Positions 27,995-37,877 of a DNA stretch of 64,000 nt are shown here, in pieces (positions within the stretch are counted from its first letter, which is position 1; each line of letters opens with the position of its first letter). Origin of the DNA: Candidatus Gemmiger excrementigallinarum (GTDB lineage: Bacteria; Bacillota; Clostridia; Oscillospirales; Ruminococcaceae); NCBI GenBank assembly GCA_019116445.1, contig DXBP01000035.1, positions 5,449 to 69,448 of the forward strand, written 5' to 3'. A model generated the notes under the pieces. It saw only the letters and a list, made by a program, of their open reading frames with translations, was not told the DNA's origin and did no database searches. A program made the position numbers and the translations under genes.

Positions 27995-29653
27995 ATGAAC
28001 AGCGATAACGTGAAAAAAGGCCCCGAACGGGCGCCCAACCGCAGCCTGTTCTACGCCCTGGGCTACACGCCGGAGGAACTGGACCGCCCGCTCATCGGCG
28101 TGGTGTCCGCCTACAGCGAGATCGTGCCCGGGCACATGAATCTGGATAAACTGGCGGATGCCGTCAAGGCCGGTGTGCGGATGGCCGGCGGCACCCCCAT
28201 CCTGATCCCGGCCATCGGCGTCTGCGACGGCATCGCCATGGGCCATGTGGGTATGAAGTATTCCCTGGCCAGCCGGGAACTGATCTGCGACAGCGTGGAA
28301 ACCATGTATATGGCCCACCAGCTGGATGGCCTGGTGCTGGTGCCCAACTGCGACAAGATCGTGCCCGGCATGGTGATGGCGGCTGTGCGCATGGATGTGC
28401 CCGCCGTGGTGTGTTCCGGCGGCCCCATGCTGGCGGGCCGCTACGGCGGCGAGGAAGTCAGCCTTTCCAAGATGTTCGAGGCGGTGGGCGCCTACAAAGC
28501 AGGCCTCATCAACGACGAACAGCTGGAGGACTGCACCTGCAACTGCTGCCCCGGCTGCGGTTCCTGCTCCGGTATGTATACCGCCAACAGCATGAACTGC
28601 CTGTGTGAAGCCATCGGCATTGCGCTGCCCGGCAACGGCACCATTCCCGCCGTCTACGCCAAGCGGCTGCAGCTGGCCAAACACGCCGGTATGGCCATCA
28701 TGGACCTGGTGCGCCGTGGTGTGACGGCACGCCAGATCATCAACGAACGCTCCATCCGCAACGCCCTGGCCTGCGATATGGCCCTGGGCTGCTCCACCAA
28801 CACGGTGCTGCATCTGCTGGCCATCGCCCAGGAGGCGGGCGTGCCCATTGACCTGAAACTCTTCAACGAGGTCAGCGCCAAAACGCCCAACCTCTGTCAC
28901 CTGGCCCCGGCGGGTCCCACCCACATGCCCGACCTCTACGAGGCCGGCGGCATCCCCGCCGTGCAGGCGGAACTGGCCAAGGCGGGTCTGCTGGACCTGG
29001 ATGTGCCCACGGTCACCGGCAAAACGCTGGGGGAGAACATCGCGGGGGCAAAGATCCTCAACGAGAAGGCCATCCGGCCCATCACCAACCCCTACAGCCC
29101 CAACGGAGGGCTGCAGATCCTGTGGGGCAACATCGCCCCTGACGGCTGCGTGGTCAAGCGCAGCGCCGTGGCGCCCGAAATGCAGGTCCACAGCGGCCCG
29201 GCCCGGGTCTTCAACAGTGAGGAAACCGCCATTGCGGCCATTTACGCAGGGGAGATCCACCCCGGCGATGTGGTGGTCATCCGGTACGAAGGCCCCAAGG
29301 GCGGCCCCGGTATGCGGGAGATGCTCAACCCCACCAGCGCGCTGGCGGGCATGAAGCTGGACACCACCGTGGCCCTCATCACCGACGGACGCTTCTCCGG
29401 CGCCAGCCGCGGGGCAGCCATCGGTCACGTTTCTCCGGAGGCCGCTTCGGGCGGTCCCATCGGTTTGGTCGAAGAGGGAGATACCATCGAGATCGACATC
29501 CCCAACGCGTCGATCCACCTCGCCGTAGACGACGAGGAACTGGCCCGCCGCAAGGCGGCCTACGTCCAGCCGGAACCCAACATCAAGTCGGGCTGGCTGG
29601 CACGGTATGCACGGCTTGTTACCAGTGCCAACAAAGGTGCGGTGCTGGAATAA
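27995..29653 (+). CDS. ilvD: Dihydroxy-acid dehydratase
   Basis: [19 protein letters not shown] and TDGRFSG motifs. Confidence 0.97.
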   Translation: MNSDNVKKGPERAPNRSLFYALGYTPEELDRPLIGVVSAYSEIVPGHMNLDKLADAVKAGVRMAGGTPILIPAIGVCDGIAMGHVGMKYSLASRELICDSVETMYMAHQLDGLVLVPNCDKIVPGMVMAAVRMDVPAVVCSGGPMLAGRYGGEEVSLSKMFEAVGAYKAGLINDEQLEDCTCNCCPGCGSCSGMYTANSMNCLCEAIGIALPGNGTIPAVYAKRLQLAKHAGMAIMDLVRRGVTARQIINERSIRNALACDMALGCSTNTVLHLLAIAQEAGVPIDLKLFNEVSAKTPNLCHLAPAGPTHMPDLYEAGGIPAVQAELAKAGLLDLDVPTVTGKTLGENIAGAKILNEKAIRPITNPYSPNGGLQILWGNIAPDGCVVKRSAVAPEMQVHSGPARVFNSEETAIAAIYAGEIHPGDVVVIRYEGPKGGPGMREMLNPTSALAGMKLDTTVALITDGRFSGASRGAAIGHVSPEAASGGPIGLVEEGDTIEIDIPNASIHLAVDDEELARRKAAYVQPEPNIKSGWLARYARLVTSANKGAVLE

Positions 29654-29673
29654 AAGCCGAAAATTGAGCAAAT

Positions 29674-29706
29674 ACGCAGCGGTTGTGCGGCCGCTGCGTG
29701 TTTTTT
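29674..29706 (+). terminator. Terminator of the ilv operon
   Basis: ACGCAGCGG...CCGCTGCGT followed by GTTTTTT. Confidence 0.8.
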
Positions 29707-29811
29707 GTGCAGAAAAATCGGGAGAAATTTCACAAAAGGGAATACCCACAGCCGTTCATACATGGTATAATCAAGACGAGTTTGAGAAACTGGAAAAGGG
29801 AAGAGGATACT

Positions 29812-30993
29812 ATGCTTTCGTTACTGCTGCCGGTCATCTATCTGGCATTCATCAGTTTGGGCCTGCCCGACGGCTTGCTGGGCGCGGCCTGGCCCAGTAT
29901 GTACAGCCAACTTGGCGCCGGTTTGTCCTGGGCCGGGGCGGTGTCCATGATCATCTCGGCGGGCACCATCGTGTCCAGCCTGGGCAGCGACTGGCTCAAC
30001 AGCCGTCTGGGTACCGGCAAGGTCACTGCGGGCAGTGTGGCCCTCACGGCGGCGGCTTTGTTCGGCTTTTCCACCTGTACGGCTTTCTGGCAGCTTTGTC
30101 TGTGGGCGGTGCCCTACGGCCTGGGGGCCGGCAGCGTGGACGCAGCCCTCAACAACTATGTGGCCCTGCACTACAAAAGCCGCCACATGAGCTGGCTGCA
30201 TTGTATGTGGGGCGTGGGCGCCAGCATCGGTCCCGTCATCATGGGCCGGGCGCTGGCGGCGGGCAGCTGGCAGGGCGGCTACCGCGTCATCTCGCTGCTG
30301 CAGATCGCGCTCACGGCGGTGCTGGTGTTCAGCCTGCCCCTGTGGAAGCGCCCCGATGAGGACGGCGCCGGGGCCGGTGTTACACCGGAGCATCGCAGCC
30401 TGCCCCAGCTGGTGCGCATCCCCGGCGTGCCGGAAGTCATGATCAGCTTTGCCTGCTATTCGGCGGTGGAGTGCACGGCCGGTATGTGGGCGGCCAGCTA
30501 CTGCACGCTGGTGCGCGGCATTGACGCCGGTACCGCTGCGGGCTGGGCCAGCCTGTTCTATCTGGGCATCACGGTGGGGCGGTTCTTCTGCGGCTTCCTG
30601 ACGATGAAATTCAATGACCAGCAGATGATCCGCGGCGGTCAGGCGGTCATTCTGCTGGGTCTGCTGCTGATCTTCCTGCCCGCGGGCAACACGCTGCTGT
30701 TTGCGGGGCTTATCATCGTGGGTCTGGGCTGCGCGCCCATCTATCCCAGCATCATCCACGAAACCCCCGCCAACTTCGGGCGCAACCTCAGTATGTCCAT
30801 GACCGGTGTGCAGATGGCGGCTGCCTATGTGGGCACCACGCTGCTGCCGCCCTTCTTCGGCCTGCTGGCCCAGCATATCAGCATGACGCTGTTCCCGTGG
30901 TATCTGCTGGTGGCGCTCATCGTCATGACGGTTTCGTCGGAGGCGATGCACCGCAAGACGGCGGCCCACCGTGCGGCCAATCCCGGACTTTGA
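29812..30993 (+). CDS. MFS transporter
   Basis: About 12 TM helices; SLGLPDGLLGAAWP and GAGSVDAALNNY motifs. Confidence 0.9.
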   Translation: MLSLLLPVIYLAFISLGLPDGLLGAAWPSMYSQLGAGLSWAGAVSMIISAGTIVSSLGSDWLNSRLGTGKVTAGSVALTAAALFGFSTCTAFWQLCLWAVPYGLGAGSVDAALNNYVALHYKSRHMSWLHCMWGVGASIGPVIMGRALAAGSWQGGYRVISLLQIALTAVLVFSLPLWKRPDEDGAGAGVTPEHRSLPQLVRIPGVPEVMISFACYSAVECTAGMWAASYCTLVRGIDAGTAAGWASLFYLGITVGRFFCGFLTMKFNDQQMIRGGQAVILLGLLLIFLPAGNTLLFAGLIIVGLGCAPIYPSIIHETPANFGRNLSMSMTGVQMAAAYVGTTLLPPFFGLLAQHISMTLFPWYLLVALIVMTVSSEAMHRKTAAHRAANPGL

Positions 30994-31042
30994 AAAGACA
31001 GGAAAACCCTGTGGAATAGAAATGTGTGTGAGGAGGTCCCCT

Positions 31043-31384
31043 ATGCAGAAATGCAGTCTTTGCGGCGGCAAAGTCGTCAACGGGCGGTGTGAGGAATGCG
31101 GTTTGCCCATCCCGCCGGAGAATCGCTACACCCTGCGCAGCGAAACCGTACATACCCATAAGGTCAACGACGAAAAAGTCCTGCACCGGGTACGCCAGGC
31201 GCCGGGCAAAAAGCCGGTGTACACCTGCCCGGAGAAACCCCTGGCGCAGCGCCGGGCCGCGGACCGCTCCCGTCCGGGCAGCGACCCGCGCAAAAAGACG
31301 CTGGCGAACCTTACCTGGGGTATCATTGCGCTGGTGCTTATTCTGAATGTGCTGCCGTCGCTGCTGGTTTCCTGTTCGGTCTGA
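31043..31384 (+). CDS. Small zinc-ribbon protein with a C-terminal TM helix
   Basis: CSLCGG...CEECG; GAGGAGG RBS before ATG 31043; hydrophobic C-terminus. Confidence 0.7.
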   Translation: MQKCSLCGGKVVNGRCEECGLPIPPENRYTLRSETVHTHKVNDEKVLHRVRQAPGKKPVYTCPEKPLAQRRAADRSRPGSDPRKKTLANLTWGIIALVLILNVLPSLLVSCSV

Positions 31385-31485
31385 GCAGCCCCCTGCATTG
31401 CCGCCCGGCCCAAAGGGTCCGGGCGCTCTTTTGCGCCCTGCCGCGGCGCACCAATCTCCCGCACAGTAAGGAAGGATCTTGAATC

Positions 31486-32949
31486 ATGGTTTTTAATTCT
31501 GCGCAGTTTTTGCTGTTTCTGCCGCTGGTGGTGCTGGCCTACTATCTGGTGCCGCGCAAGGGGCGGAACCTCTGGCTGCTGATCGCCAGCTATTTCTTCT
31601 ATTTCTGCTGGCACCCCACCCATCTGCCGGTGCTCTGGTTCATCACGGCGGTGGCCTATGGCGGCGGCCGGCTGCTGGCATCCCCCAAAACCCATCGGCG
31701 CCTGTGCCTGGGCGGGTTGATCGTGCTCTCCTTTGTGCCGCTCATCACCCTTAAATATCTGAACTTCCTTGTGGATTCCTGCCTGGTGGTGCTGGCGCAT
31801 CTGGGCATCCAGATCGCGCCCCCGGGCTTTGCCTGGCTGCTGCCCATGGGCATTTCTTTCTATACGCTGCAGGCGGTGGGCTATCTTATCGACGTCTACC
31901 GTGGCGAAAAACCGGAAAAGAACCTGCTGCAGATGGCGCTGTTCGTGGCCTTCTTCCCCCAGCTGGTATCCGGCCCCATCAGCCGCGGCAAAAGCCTGCT
32001 GGCCCAGTTCCATGCGCCCCAAAAGCTGCAGTTTGATAATCTGCGCGACGGCGTGCTGCTGATGATCTGGGGCTACTTCCTCAAAGTTGTCATCGCCGAC
32101 CGCGCCACGATTTTTGTGGATACCGTCTATAACCTGGAAAACGGCTTTGACGGCTGATTTCTTATTGTGGGCACCATTCTCTTCGGCATCCAGCTGTACT
32201 GCGACTTCGGGGGCTGCACCACCATTGCCATGGGAGCGGCCAGGATGCTGGGCATCGATTTGATCGATAACTTCCAGGCACCCTACCTTTCCCGCTCCAA
32301 CGCCGAGTTCTGGCGCCGGTGGCATATCTCGCTGTCCACCTGGTTCCGGGATTACCTCTATATCCCCCTGGGCGGCAACCGCAAGGGCAAGGGCCGCAAA
32401 TATTGCAATGTGCTCATTACCTTTGCGGTCAGCGGCCTGTGGCACGGCGCCCAGTGGAACTTTGTGTTCTGGGGCCTGCTCAACGGCCTGTACCAGGTCA
32501 TCGGGGACTGGCTGCGCCCGGTGCGCCGCGCTTTGCTGCGGGTCACCGAACTGGATACCGATACCCTGGGCTACAAGGGTGCCCAGGTCTTCTGCACCTG
32601 GCTGTGTGTGAACCTGGCCTGGGTGTTTTTCCGGGCCGAGCGGTTGATGGATTCTTTTGCCATCCTGCGCAGTATCTTCACGGCCAGCAATATTTACATC
32701 CTGTTCGACGGCTCGCTCTTCGGCTGCGGGCTGGACGAACCCAACTTCCTGTTGCTGCTGGTGTACATTGCCATCCTGTTTGTGGCGGACCTGTGCAAGT
32801 ACAAAGGCATCAACATCCGGCAGGGCATCGCGCGGCAGAGCTGGCTGTGCCAGGTGCTGGTAGTGGCGGGCAGCGTGCTGGCCATTCTGCTGCTGGGTGT
32901 GTACGGCCCCGGATTCGAGGCTTCCGACTTTATCTATTCCCAATTCTGA
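31486..32949 (+). pseudogene. MBOAT O-acyltransferase (AlgI/PatA/DltB family) interrupted by an in-frame TGA at 32155-32157
   Basis: The two ORF-track pieces share one frame (offset 681 nt). Motifs LPMGISFYT, FFPQLVSGPI, EFWRRWHISLSTW and SGLWHGA span the stop. Confidence 0.85.
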
Positions 32950-32964
32950 GGAGGGCTTGTATCC

Positions 32965-33939
32965 ATGACTGTCAAACAGATCGCGGCCAGCCTGCTGTGC
33001 CTGGTACTCATCCTGCTGGGCATCGTGGGGCTGGGCCATATCACCCGTCCCACCGGGGACGACGTTGCCATTGCGGGCATTGAGGCGTTTCATCAGCTGC
33101 CGGAAAATTCCGTCGATGTCATCGTCTACGGCTCCAGCCACGCCTGGCGCAACGTCAACGTGAATGCCATGTACGACAATTACGGCATCGGCGCCTACAA
33201 CTACGCCAGCAACTGGCAGCGTTGGGACACCACCTGGCTGTTCTTCCATGATTCTTTGCGCACCCAGTCGCCCAAAGTGGTGCTGATCGAAACCTTCCAT
33301 GTGAACAGCAACATCTTCGATGATGACATGGACGGCGAGGTGTACTACACCACAGCCATTCCCGATTCCCCCTACAAACGGGAATATCTGGATATGTGCT
33401 TTGAGGGGGACATCGGGCGGTATCTTTCCTACTATATCCCGCTGGTGGCCTACCATGAAAACAAGACTCTGCTCACGGCGGATAACTTCACCGATACCAG
33501 CAACACGGTGGATTTCCTGGACACCAAGGGTTTCTACCCCCGGGACGGCCAGTTCGTGGCCGATGTGAAGGACTGGACCCAGATGGAAAAGTGGGTCATC
33601 GGCGACCGCTCCCTGGAGATGCTGGATGATATTGTGAACACCTGCCATGAGCGGGGCATCGAGGTGGTCTTTTTCACGGCACCCTGGTCCACCGAGGAGT
33701 TCCAGTACTTTGACGTGATGCAGCAGTATGCCGACGAGCATGGCTGCGCCTACATCAATATGTTTGAACACATGGCCGATGCGGGCATCAGCGAGGAAAC
33801 CGACTTCTGCGACCCGCACCACCTGAACATTTCCGGTGCTACCAAGATGGCCAACTATCTGGGCGCCTACCTGAAAGAGCACTATGACCTCACCGACTGG
33901 CGCACGGTACCCGGCAATATGTGGGAAAACCACGCCTGA
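32965..33939 (+). CDS. SGNH-like extracytoplasmic partner of the MBOAT (AlgJ/PatB/DltD-like)
   Basis: N-terminal TM helix, YGSSH block I, DPHHLN DxxH motif. Confidence 0.8.
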   Translation: MTVKQIAASLLCLVLILLGIVGLGHITRPTGDDVAIAGIEAFHQLPENSVDVIVYGSSHAWRNVNVNAMYDNYGIGAYNYASNWQRWDTTWLFFHDSLRTQSPKVVLIETFHVNSNIFDDDMDGEVYYTTAIPDSPYKREYLDMCFEGDIGRYLSYYIPLVAYHENKTLLTADNFTDTSNTVDFLDTKGFYPRDGQFVADVKDWTQMEKWVIGDRSLEMLDDIVNTCHERGIEVVFFTAPWSTEEFQYFDVMQQYADEHGCAYINMFEHMADAGISEETDFCDPHHLNISGATKMANYLGAYLKEHYDLTDWRTVPGNMWENHA

Positions 33940-33945
33940 ACCCAA

Positions 33946-33977
33946 AAAAGCGGACGGCTTTACAGCCGTCCGCTTTT
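33946..33977. terminator. Bidirectional terminator
   Basis: AAAAGCGGACGGCT...AGCCGTCCGCTTTT between convergent genes. Confidence 0.85.
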
Positions 33978-33989
33978 GTATGCAAACCA

Positions 33990-35009
33990 TCAGTTCAGCG
34001 TCTTGCCAAAAAATTCCAGCTCGGGGCGGATTACGCCCATCAGTGCGTCGAACTGGTCGGGGGTCAGGCTCTGGGCGCCGTCGCTCTTGGCCCGGGCCGG
34101 GTCGTTGTGGGTTTCGATCATCAGGCCGTCCGCTCCGGCGGCGACGGCAGCCTGGGCCAGCGCCGGCACCATAAAGGCGATGCCCGCCGCATGGCTGGGG
34201 TCGATGACCACCGGCAGATGGGTCATCTTTTTCAGCATGGGAATGGCGGAAATATCCAGGGTGTTGCGCATACTGGTTTCAAAAGTGCGGATGCCCCGCT
34301 CGCAGAGTACCACGTTGGGGTTGCCCTCGGCCATGATGTACTCGGCGCTCATCACCAGTTCTTCCAGTGTGGAGGAAAACCCGCGCTTGAGCAGCACCGG
34401 GATGTTCAGCTTGCCCACGGCTTTAAGCAGTTCAAAGTTCTGCATATTGCGGGCGCCGATCTGGATCATGTCCACCCCGGCATCCAGAAACAGGGGAATG
34501 TGCTCGTTGTTCATCAGCTCGGTGACGATGGGCTGCCCCGTCACGGCCCGGGCTTCCTGCAGCAGTTCCAGTCCTTCGGCCCGCAGCCCCTGGAAGCTGT
34601 AGGGGCTGGTCCGGGGCTTGAAGGCACCGCCCCGCAGGATGCTGGCCCCGGCGGCCTGCACCCGTTTGGCAATGCCGATGATCTGGTCCCGGCCCTCCAC
34701 GCTGCAGGGACCGCTCATCACCGCAAAATAGCCGCCGCCGATCTTGTGCCCGCCCACATCCACGATGGTATCGTCAGGGTGGAACTTGCGGTTGGCCTTC
34801 TTGTAAGGTTCGCTGACCCGGCGGCAGGTGTCCACCACGGGGTTGGCCAATACCCAGCTTTCGGCCAGGGCTTTGGTATCGCCGATGAGGCCCAGGATGT
34901 GGGTGTCATGGCCGGTGGAATCGTTGATCTCAAAACCCATGCCGCGCAGTTCGGCGCAGAAACTGGCAACCTGGTCGGCGGGGGCGTTCTGTTTTAATAC
35001 GATGATCAT
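33990..35009 (-). CDS. aroF: 3-deoxy-7-phosphoheptulonate (DAHP) synthase, class I-beta
   Basis: GPCSVE, RGGAFKPRTSPYSFQG, QIGARNMQNF and DPSH motifs. Confidence 0.96.
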   Translation of the reverse strand: MIIVLKQNAPADQVASFCAELRGMGFEINDSTGHDTHILGLIGDTKALAESWVLANPVVDTCRRVSEPYKKANRKFHPDDTIVDVGGHKIGGGYFAVMSGPCSVEGRDQIIGIAKRVQAAGASILRGGAFKPRTSPYSFQGLRAEGLELLQEARAVTGQPIVTELMNNEHIPLFLDAGVDMIQIGARNMQNFELLKAVGKLNIPVLLKRGFSSTLEELVMSAEYIMAEGNPNVVLCERGIRTFETSMRNTLDISAIPMLKKMTHLPVVIDPSHAAGIAFMVPALAQAAVAAGADGLMIETHNDPARAKSDGAQSLTPDQFDALMGVIRPELEFFGKTLN

Positions 35010-35149
35010 GGCGGCTTCTCCTGTTGTCTGTTTTTTTGTTGATACCGGGATTTTAACACTTTAAAGTATTAAAGTCAAGCCCTCTTGCAGAAAAAAGGGC
35101 GTCGGTTTATAATAAGGGCCGAACAGAGTTTGCAAAAGAGGGATTCTTT

Positions 35150-35644
35150 ATGGGAAAAGAAGCAAAAACCAACGCGATGCGTATGCTGGAGCGGGCCAAA
35201 ATCAGCTATACGGCCCACGAATACCCCCACGAGGAGGGCCAGGCAGTGGATGGCGCCACGGTGGCGCAGCTCACCGGCCAGGACCCGGCCCGGGTGTTCA
35301 AGACGCTGGTTACCCAGGGAGCTGACCGCAACTACTATGTGTTTGTGGTGCCGGTACTGGCGGAACTGGACCTGAAAAAAGCCGCCAAGGCCGCCGGTGT
35401 CAAGAGCGTGGCCATGATCCATGTGGCGGACATCAACAAGGTCACGGGGTACATCCGGGGCGGCTGCAGCCCGGTGGGCATGAAAAAGCAGTACGTCACG
35501 GTCTTTGACGAAAGCTGCCTGGCCCAGCCCACCATGCTGGTTTCGGGCGGGCGCATCGGCACCCAGATCGAGTGCGCTCCCGCGGACCTCATCAAGGCCT
35601 CCCGGGGCAAAACGGCGGCCATCACCCAGGAGCACGCCCAATGA
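35150..35644 (+). CDS. ybaK: Cys-tRNA(Pro) deacylase
   Basis: KTNAMRML, VFKTLV and GYIRGGCSPVG motifs. Confidence 0.95.
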   Translation: MGKEAKTNAMRMLERAKISYTAHEYPHEEGQAVDGATVAQLTGQDPARVFKTLVTQGADRNYYVFVVPVLAELDLKKAAKAAGVKSVAMIHVADINKVTGYIRGGCSPVGMKKQYVTVFDESCLAQPTMLVSGGRIGTQIECAPADLIKASRGKTAAITQEHAQ

Positions 35645-36354
35645 TGCGGCTGGACAAGTACCTGTCGGAGCGCACCGGCATGACCCGCAGCGAGAGCCGA
35701 AAGGCCATCACCAAGGGCCGGGTGGCGGTGAACGGGGCGGTCTGCCGCAAGGCCGATACTCAGGTGGCCGAGGACGCCGCCGTGGCGGTGGATGGCACCC
35801 CGCTGGCCGGTGCCTACCAGAAATATGTCTATATCATGCTGAACAAACCGGAGGGCGTTGTCAGCGCCAGCCGGGATAAGCGGGATACCACGGTGGTGGA
35901 CCTGGTGGCAGCGGATTTCCCCCGGAGGGCACTGTTCCCGGCGGGGCGGCTGGACAAAACCAGCACCGGTTTTGTGCTGCTTACCGATGACGGCGCTTTG
36001 GCCCACGACCTGCTCTCTCCGGCGCACCATGTGGACAAGGAGTATCTCGTCACGCTGGACACCCCGCTGACCGACGCCATGCGGGCGGGCTTTGCCGCGG
36101 GCGTGACGCTGGCCGACGGTGAAACCATGGCCCCGGCGGAAGCTGAGCCGGCGGGGGAGGACCCCTGTGTGGTAAAAGTCACGCTGCACCAGGGGGTCTA
36201 CCACCAGATCAAACGGATGTTCGGCGTTTACGGCGCGGGGGTCAACGCCCTGCACCGCTATGCCATCGGCGGCGTGGCCCTGGACCCGGCCCTGGCGCCC
36301 GGTCAGTGGCGGGAACTCACCGCCGAAGAACTGGCCCTTCTGCAAAACCGATAA
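35641..36354 (+). CDS. rsuA: RsuA-family rRNA pseudouridine synthase
   Basis: S4 domain MRLDKYL, GRLD catalytic motif, GVYHQIKRMF. Confidence 0.88.
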   Translation: MMRLDKYLSERTGMTRSESRKAITKGRVAVNGAVCRKADTQVAEDAAVAVDGTPLAGAYQKYVYIMLNKPEGVVSASRDKRDTTVVDLVAADFPRRALFPAGRLDKTSTGFVLLTDDGALAHDLLSPAHHVDKEYLVTLDTPLTDAMRAGFAAGVTLADGETMAPAEAEPAGEDPCVVKVTLHQGVYHQIKRMFGVYGAGVNALHRYAIGGVALDPALAPGQWRELTAEELALLQNR

Positions 36355-36395
36355 ACCGACCGAAGGCACCCCACAAGCGGGATGCCTCCGGTTTT

Positions 36396-37877
36396 TTATG
36401 GCTGTTTTTGCTTCATGTACGTCTGCAAAATCTCCCGCTCACAGAAGGGGAGCGTTTCATCCCCCCGCTGCAGCGTGGTTTCGTGGCCTTTGCCGATGAC
36501 TGCCACAATGTCCCCGGGGCCGGCGTGGTCCAACGCATAGTACAGCGCCTGCCGCCGGTCGGGAATCTCCACAAAGGGGGTGTCGGGATTGCCCCGGCGC
36601 AGCCCCGTGCGGATGTCCGCCAGAATATCCGCCAGCGGCTCCCCGCGGCTGTTGTCCTCGGTGACGATGCAGAGATCCGCCAGCCGGGCGCAGGCTTCCC
36701 CCATGCCGAACCGCCGTACCCGGCTGCGTCCGCCGCCGCAGCCGAACACCACGATGAGCCGCGCCGGTTGGTAGGCCCGCAGGGCGGTGAGCAGATTTTC
36801 AGCGGCGGCTTCGTTGTGGGCGTAGTCCAGCACCACGGTGAAGGGGGCGTCCAGCGGTACCGGCTCCACCCGGCCTTCCACCACGGCGGTGCGCAGCCCG
36901 GTCTGCACGGCGGTTCCGGGCAGGTGCAGCACGTCCGCCGCCGCGATGGCCGCCAGGGCGTTGCAGACGCTGAACCGCCCCGGCATGGCCAACTGGAAGG
37001 CCCGGGGGATGCCATCGGGTCCGGTGGCGGTGAATGCCACCCCCAGCATCCCCGGCTGCCGCAGCAGGGCAAAATCGGGGGCGGCGCGCCAGTCGGCGGG
37101 CCGGTCGATGCCGTAGGTGACCACCCGGCAGGTGTGCTGGGTCAGGATGGCTTCGGTCTGCAGGTCGTCGCCGTTGACGATGCCCACCCGGCAGCGCCGG
37201 AACAGCACGCTTTTCCAGGCACGGTATTCGGCAAAGCTGGCGTGCTCGCCGGGGCCGATGTGGTCGGGGGAAAGATTGGTAAATATCCCGATGTCGTACC
37301 GGATGCCGGTGACCCGGTCCATTTTCAGCCCCAGGCTGGAAACCTCCATCACGCAGGCGTCACACCCGGCGTCCGCCATCTGACGCAGCAGCCGCTGCAG
37401 GTCGCTGCTCTCGGGCGTTGTGTGGTCCAGTGCCTGCCGGAATCCCGGCCAGCAAACCCCGTTGGTGCCGATGAGTCCTACCCTGCGCCCCGCCGCCGTC
37501 AGCACCGCCGCGATCAGGTGGGCGGTGGTGGTCTTGCCTTTGGTGCCGGTAATGCCGATCATTGTCAGCCGTTTGGCAGGCTCGCCATAGAACCGGATGG
37601 CCAGCTGGGCCAGAGCACGGCGGCTGTGGGTCACCTGCACCACGGGCAAATCTTCGGGCAGACCGGCAACGGGCCGCTCGCAGACGATGCCCGCCGCGCC
37701 CGCTGCGGCGGCCTGCCGGGCAAAGTCGTGGCCGTCGGTGTGCAGGCCGGGCAGGCAGACAAACAATGCCCCCGGCGTCACGGCGCGGGAATCATAACAC
37801 AGGCTGCGCACCTCGGTGCGGGCGTCGCCCTGCAGCAGTACGCCGTCGGTGGCTTGCAAAAGCTCACATAAATTCAT
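36396..37877 (-). CDS. murE: MurE-family UDP-MurNAc-dipeptide amino acid ligase, located outside the dcw cluster
   Basis: GITGTKGKTT, HTTPES, MEVSS, DYAHN, DNSR and GKGHE motifs; overlaps the asnB stop (ATGA). Confidence 0.9.
   Translation of the reverse strand: MNLCELLQATDGVLLQGDARTEVRSLCYDSRAVTPGALFVCLPGLHTDGHDFARQAAAAGAAGIVCERPVAGLPEDLPVVQVTHSRRALAQLAIRFYGEPAKRLTMIGITGTKGKTTTAHLIAAVLTAAGRRVGLIGTNGVCWPGFRQALDHTTPESSDLQRLLRQMADAGCDACVMEVSSLGLKMDRVTGIRYDIGIFTNLSPDHIGPGEHASFAEYRAWKSVLFRRCRVGIVNGDDLQTEAILTQHTCRVVTYGIDRPADWRAAPDFALLRQPGMLGVAFTATGPDGIPRAFQLAMPGRFSVCNALAAIAAADVLHLPGTAVQTGLRTAVVEGRVEPVPLDAPFTVVLDYAHNEAAAENLLTALRAYQPARLIVVFGCGGGRSRVRRFGMGEACARLADLCIVTEDNSRGEPLADILADIRTGLRRGNPDTPFVEIPDRRQALYYALDHAGPGDIVAVIGKGHETTLQRGDETLPFCEREILQTYMKQKQP

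Noticed and set aside
32155-32220. Selenocysteine recoding of the MBOAT TGA
   Set aside because: The position fits a Trp at a TM boundary rather than a catalytic Cys, no convincing SECIS hairpin follows, and MBOATs are not known selenoproteins.
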